From a virus (lineage: Duplodnaviria; Caudoviricetes), in the IMG/VR virus record IMGVR_UViG_3300032321_002024, positions 32,001 to 96,000 of that record: DNA of 64,000 nucleotides. The stretch is one strand, 5' to 3'. The position numbers and the translations under genes were made by a program. Shown piece by piece: positions 60,454-64,000 of the stretch; within the stretch, counting starts at the first letter, position 1, and every line of letters begins with the position of its first letter. The notes below the pieces were generated by a model. The model searched no databases, had not been told where the DNA came from, and saw only the letters and a program-made list of their open reading frames with translations.

Positions 60454-60842
60454 TGTTTTTATATAAATTAAAAAAAGTATTAAGAGAAAGAAAAAAAGAT
60501 ATCATTCAATCTACTTTATCATTTTCTTTAATGGCATCTGTTATTTCGTTATTTGTTTTTATGTTTATAAATAATGAAGATTTTTCTAAATCGGATAAAA
60601 GACAAATGGGTGTTACTTCCGCTATTCTAACGTCAATAAATTTAACAATTATTTATTTTGTTGATTATTTTTTAGGATATAATATAATAGTTACTATTTT
60701 ATTAGGTTATTTTTCAAGTTTTCTTTTCTTTTTTATACCTTGTTTAATTTTTATTTTGTATTTTGAGGTAACTGAATTAGAACTTGATAAAAGTGAGACC
60801 AGAGATGCTAAGTTAAATAGTCTTTTTAGAAATTTATTCTGA
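60453..60842 (+). CDS. Tagged membrane protein
   Basis: Three hydrophobic segments; ends TRDAKLNSLF. Confidence 0.65.
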   Translation: MFLYKLKKVLRERKKDIIQSTLSFSLMASVISLFVFMFINNEDFSKSDKRQMGVTSAILTSINLTIIYFVDYFLGYNIIVTILLGYFSSFLFFFIPCLIFILYFEVTELELDKSETRDAKLNSLFRNLF

Positions 60843-60859
60843 TATTTAATATATACTTT

Positions 60860-61342
60860 ATGAAAAAATTTACTCATATGGTAAATGAAGAAATAGGTGG
60901 TGGTAAATTCAAACTAGGTTTGGATATACACGGAGTTGTAGATGCTATGCCTGAGTTTTTCTCATTTCTAACAGATTCATTTATTAAAAACGGAGGTGAA
61001 GTTCATATAATAACTGGTGGTCGATGGGATTCTGAATTTGAAACCATGTTGAATAATTTCAACATAAAATGGACAAATAAGTTCTCTGTTTATGATTACT
61101 TAAAAGAATCAGATGCTGAAGTTATCGGTAAGGTTCAATTTCCAGATGGAACTATACAGAAGAAATTTAAAAATGAAGACTGGGACTCGGTAAAAGCTCA
61201 GTATTGTAAGGAAAATGGAATTGATTTACATATTGATGATACCCTAATTTACAATGATTTCTTTTCGACTCCATTTGCTAGACTTTGGACACATTCGGGT
61301 CAATCAAAATCTTCTAATAAAGATGTTAGGCATATGGATTAA
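60860..61342 (+). CDS. HAD-like protein with N-terminal signal
   Basis: MKKFTHMVNEE; LDIHGV, ITG, K, HIDD. Confidence 0.7.
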   Translation: MKKFTHMVNEEIGGGKFKLGLDIHGVVDAMPEFFSFLTDSFIKNGGEVHIITGGRWDSEFETMLNNFNIKWTNKFSVYDYLKESDAEVIGKVQFPDGTIQKKFKNEDWDSVKAQYCKENGIDLHIDDTLIYNDFFSTPFARLWTHSGQSKSSNKDVRHMD

Positions 61343-61377
61343 CTTTTATATTTTTTTAAGATATAAAAGAGAAAAGT

Positions 61378-61725
61378 ATGTTTCAGTCTGAGAAAACTCA
61401 AGAGTTAGATTTAAATAATCCTATATTTGTATTCTATTTAAACGTAGAAAACAAATCACGTCAATCAGCTCAAGAATATATAGAAGTCACTAAAAAACAC
61501 TTTGACGTTTATAAGAACGCCACAATGTGGTTCGTGGCCGCAAAAAAAGATGAAGTTGTTTGTATTTATGATGGTTGGGGTAGAGTAAGAGATTCCGAAA
61601 TAAAAGACTTAATAGAAGAAATAAATACTAAAATAGAAATAATGTCTAATTCTCATTCGTTTGATGATTTTAAGATTAATGTAAGAGATTGGAGAATAAG
61701 TAAATTAGTAGATGAAAAAGAATAA
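61378..61725 (+). CDS. Tagged hypothetical protein
   Basis: Ends VRDWRISKLV. Confidence 0.65.
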   Translation: MFQSEKTQELDLNNPIFVFYLNVENKSRQSAQEYIEVTKKHFDVYKNATMWFVAAKKDEVVCIYDGWGRVRDSEIKDLIEEINTKIEIMSNSHSFDDFKINVRDWRISKLVDEKE

Positions 61726-62071
61726 GTGGGATATAATAGGTAAAGAAATTGATAAAGATATCAACTCGGAATATGATAGTTGGTTTTATTGGTGGTATGA
61801 TGGCGGGGATTATTTTGACCACGATTATGGTCAATATTATACTTATGATTATTCTGAGCCTGTTTATAGAGAATATTTTTCAAAAAGAGGTAAATGGAGT
61901 AAAGACAGACATTTAGTTGGGAACTATATTGATATGATGTCAATTTATTCACCACAGGTATTGAGACAAAAGAAAATTGATTATCTATTAGGAATTGATA
62001 AATGGGAAGTGACGAGTAAACCAACAATTTTGGATTACATAAATTATAAAAAAGGAAATGAAAGAAATTGA
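61712..62071 (+). CDS. Tyr/Asp-rich tagged hypothetical protein
   Basis: LRQKKIDYLLG. Confidence 0.6.
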   Translation: MKKNKWDIIGKEIDKDINSEYDSWFYWWYDGGDYFDHDYGQYYTYDYSEPVYREYFSKRGKWSKDRHLVGNYIDMMSIYSPQVLRQKKIDYLLGIDKWEVTSKPTILDYINYKKGNERN

Positions 62072-62885
62072 AATTTATGAAGGTTTTTGGACAGTAAATG
62101 ATATAAAATCTAATGCAGAAAAAATATTTATTTTTGGTGATAATGATTTAAGAATTGGAACAGGTGGTCAAGCTGTAATTAGAAATTGTAGTAACACATT
62201 TGGTATAAGAACGAAAAAGAAACCATCTAACTCAGGTGATTCTTTTTATTCGGATGATGATTATGATTTCAATACTCAAAAAATATTACAAGATATTTTA
62301 CAAATAAAATATTTACAAGTTTCTGGAAAACAGCTTGTATTTTCTAACGGTGGATACGGAACAGGTTTAGCTTCACTAAAGTCAAAGGCTCCTAAAACTT
62401 TTGATTTTTTAGTTAATTGTTTAAGGAACTTTTTTCAATTTGACAATGAAAGTGGTAAGTCTTGGAAATATATTCCTTCTTTTGATGAGTTAAATTTTGC
62501 AAAGTATCTAAATATATCAAATGAGTCAGTTCTTTTACCAATAAATAATAGTTATTTTAGAAATGATTGTCTTGAAAAGGGAATTTTTAACTATTTTGAT
62601 TTAATTAAATCGGAAAATAAAGTGGCTTTTACATCAGAAACTAAATATGAACCGGGTCAAATACTTAATTTAAACGTTTTTAGTAATGAATATTTAGTAG
62701 TAAAAGTTTCACAGTCTTATAATTGTGATTTTATATCTAAAGAATATTGGTCTATGTTTGAAGGTTTTAATAACGACTTTGTTGAAGATAAAGAAATTGA
62801 TGACTTATTTCAAACACAATTTGAATTTATTTGCACTCTTAATCCAGATGGAACTATGAAATTTAAAGAAAACATTTTTAATTAA
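62058..62885 (+). CDS. Hypothetical protein with macro-like N domain
   Basis: FIFGDND..IGTGGQAVIR...FGIRTK...GYGTGLA. Confidence 0.6.
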   Translation: MKEIEIYEGFWTVNDIKSNAEKIFIFGDNDLRIGTGGQAVIRNCSNTFGIRTKKKPSNSGDSFYSDDDYDFNTQKILQDILQIKYLQVSGKQLVFSNGGYGTGLASLKSKAPKTFDFLVNCLRNFFQFDNESGKSWKYIPSFDELNFAKYLNISNESVLLPINNSYFRNDCLEKGIFNYFDLIKSENKVAFTSETKYEPGQILNLNVFSNEYLVVKVSQSYNCDFISKEYWSMFEGFNNDFVEDKEIDDLFQTQFEFICTLNPDGTMKFKENIFN

Positions 62886-63307
62886 TGGAAAATATTGAAC
62901 AAATAATGAAAGAAGAAGGTGACTTCTTTGAATGGACTTATACCGCAAAAAATGGTTTAGAAGTAGATTGTTTTATAAGAAGAAATAATTCTTTAGCCTT
63001 TTGTGGTTATGTTGTTATAACTTCAGATAATAAATTATTTGGATTAGACTATGATAATATCTACTCAAAAGTCAATATCTCTGTTCATGGTGGTTTAACT
63101 TATTCAGATGAAGGCGAAGGAGGATGGATTATTGGTTTTGATTGCTCTCATTTGGGTGACTTTTGTCCAGCTTTTTCTTATGATGGAATTTATAGAACAA
63201 AAGAATTTGTTATTTCAGAGTGTGAGAGTTTAGCAGAATCTGTTTCTAAATTTAGTGGTATAATACAAAGATTAAAAAATATTGATTCAGTTATTGGTGA
63301 TAATTAA
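62885..63307 (+). CDS. Conserved phage protein with C-terminal tag
   Basis: CGYV, VHGGLTY, GFDCSH; ends QRLKNIDSVIG. Confidence 0.7.
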   Translation: MENIEQIMKEEGDFFEWTYTAKNGLEVDCFIRRNNSLAFCGYVVITSDNKLFGLDYDNIYSKVNISVHGGLTYSDEGEGGWIIGFDCSHLGDFCPAFSYDGIYRTKEFVISECESLAESVSKFSGIIQRLKNIDSVIGDN

Positions 63308-63340
63308 AAAAATTTGTATATTTGTTAAAATATAAAAGAT

Positions 63341-63478
63341 ATGGACGCCACTACAACAATTAATGATTATTTAGAAAACCCCGCTTACGACTTTGAATCA
63401 CTTTCTGATTTAATTTCAATGGCTCAAGATTACCAATACCAACAATTGATGTCCGAACTTCAAGAAGAAGGTTTATAA
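63341..63478 (+). CDS. Small acidic protein (45 aa, not in ORF track)
   Basis: MDATTTINDYLENPAYDFESLSDLISMAQDYQYQQLMSELQEEGL after TATATTTG promoter. Confidence 0.55.
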   Translation: MDATTTINDYLENPAYDFESLSDLISMAQDYQYQQLMSELQEEGL

Positions 63479-63486
63479 TACTATAC

Positions 63487-63557
63487 GGTTGGGTGACCGA
63501 GATCTTAGGTGTCACTACGCAATAGTGAATACGGTAGTTAGTTACTATCCCCAACCT
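63487..63557 (+). tRNA. Non-canonical tRNA-Cys(GCA)-like RNA
   Basis: Acceptor GGTTGGG/CCCAACC, D stem ACC/GGT, anticodon stem TCACT/AGTGA with loop ACGCAAT, T stem GGTAG/CTATC, discriminator T. Confidence 0.7.
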
Positions 63558-63571
63558 CTAATTTATTTTTT

Positions 63572-64000
63572 ATGTCAATTTATATAAGTAGACAAGACTA
63601 CCAAAGAGACTTATTATCAGAATTTAGAGATTTCAAATTGAAGTTAATTCAATCTGATATAGAATTTTCAGTCAGTAAAGAAGTAATAAAAAAATATCAT
63701 ACAGACTTAACTTTTATTAGAAATAATTTTAAAAACGATATAATCTCAGGGTCAATCACTCTCAGTTTATTAGGTCTTATTAATAGAGTGGCTTCTGATA
63801 TTGATATTCTTATTAAAGATAAGAACCGATATTCTGGATATATCAATAGCACATATGTTGGTGATGAATCCAGTAATATGGATAATCGACTTGGTTATAT
63901 CAATTTTGAATATAAAAAGAACTTCTTTTCAAAAACCAGAGTTTATGAGGTTGATTTCTTTTTAAATTTGGATGCTAAATATATTGAATTTGATTTTGAA
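63572..64000 (+). CDS. Nucleotidyltransferase-like protein (partial)
   Basis: SGSITLSLLG...SDIDIL...VDFF; FRDFKLKLI tag-like motif near N-terminus; runs off window. Confidence 0.6.
   Translation, partial: MSIYISRQDYQRDLLSEFRDFKLKLIQSDIEFSVSKEVIKKYHTDLTFIRNNFKNDIISGSITLSLLGLINRVASDIDILIKDKNRYSGYINSTYVGDESSNMDNRLGYINFEYKKNFFSKTRVYEVDFFLNLDAKYIEFDFE

Noticed and set aside
1-64000. Stop-codon reassignment (as in Lak or some crAss-like phages)
   Set aside because: Standard code gives dense full-length genes, and TAA, TAG and TGA all terminate recognisable proteins.

Overview
AT-rich (visibly about 25-30% GC), gene-dense segment of a large T4-like (jumbo/mega) tailed dsDNA phage read in the standard genetic code, most likely infecting a Bacteroidota host (TAnnTTTG promoters, no Shine-Dalgarno motifs, Hc1-like histone). 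Core genes: N-terminal half of a split family-B DNA polymerase, gp41/DnaB-like helicase, DinG-like helicase, UvsX/RecA, NrdA, ThyA, Fpg/Nei glycosylase, RuvC-like nuclease, DNA methyltransferase, a baseplate-hub-like protein and three tail/fibre proteins. Accessory genes: a glycosyltransferase/methyltransferase cluster, cysK, QueC-like and PaaK-like enzymes, two homing-type endonucleases and a Ro60/Rsr (TROVE) gene. Most notable: (1) about 16 otherwise unrelated ORFs share a short R-x-x-K-(I/L)-x-x-(I/L) helical tag, and several are miniature proteins that look like excised fragments of essential phage proteins (three parts of a gp23-like major capsid protein, a tail-sheath N-terminus, PolB motif B) joined to that tag. 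(2) About 18 other ORFs carry a T4-internal-protein-like N-terminal capsid-targeting signal, many behind a TAATATATA motif. (3) Two homologous structured RNAs lie upstream of Ro60 (Y-RNA candidates). (4) A tRNA-Cys(GCA)-like cloverleaf has intact stems but non-canonical loops. All family assignments come from motif recognition by eye; no database search was run.
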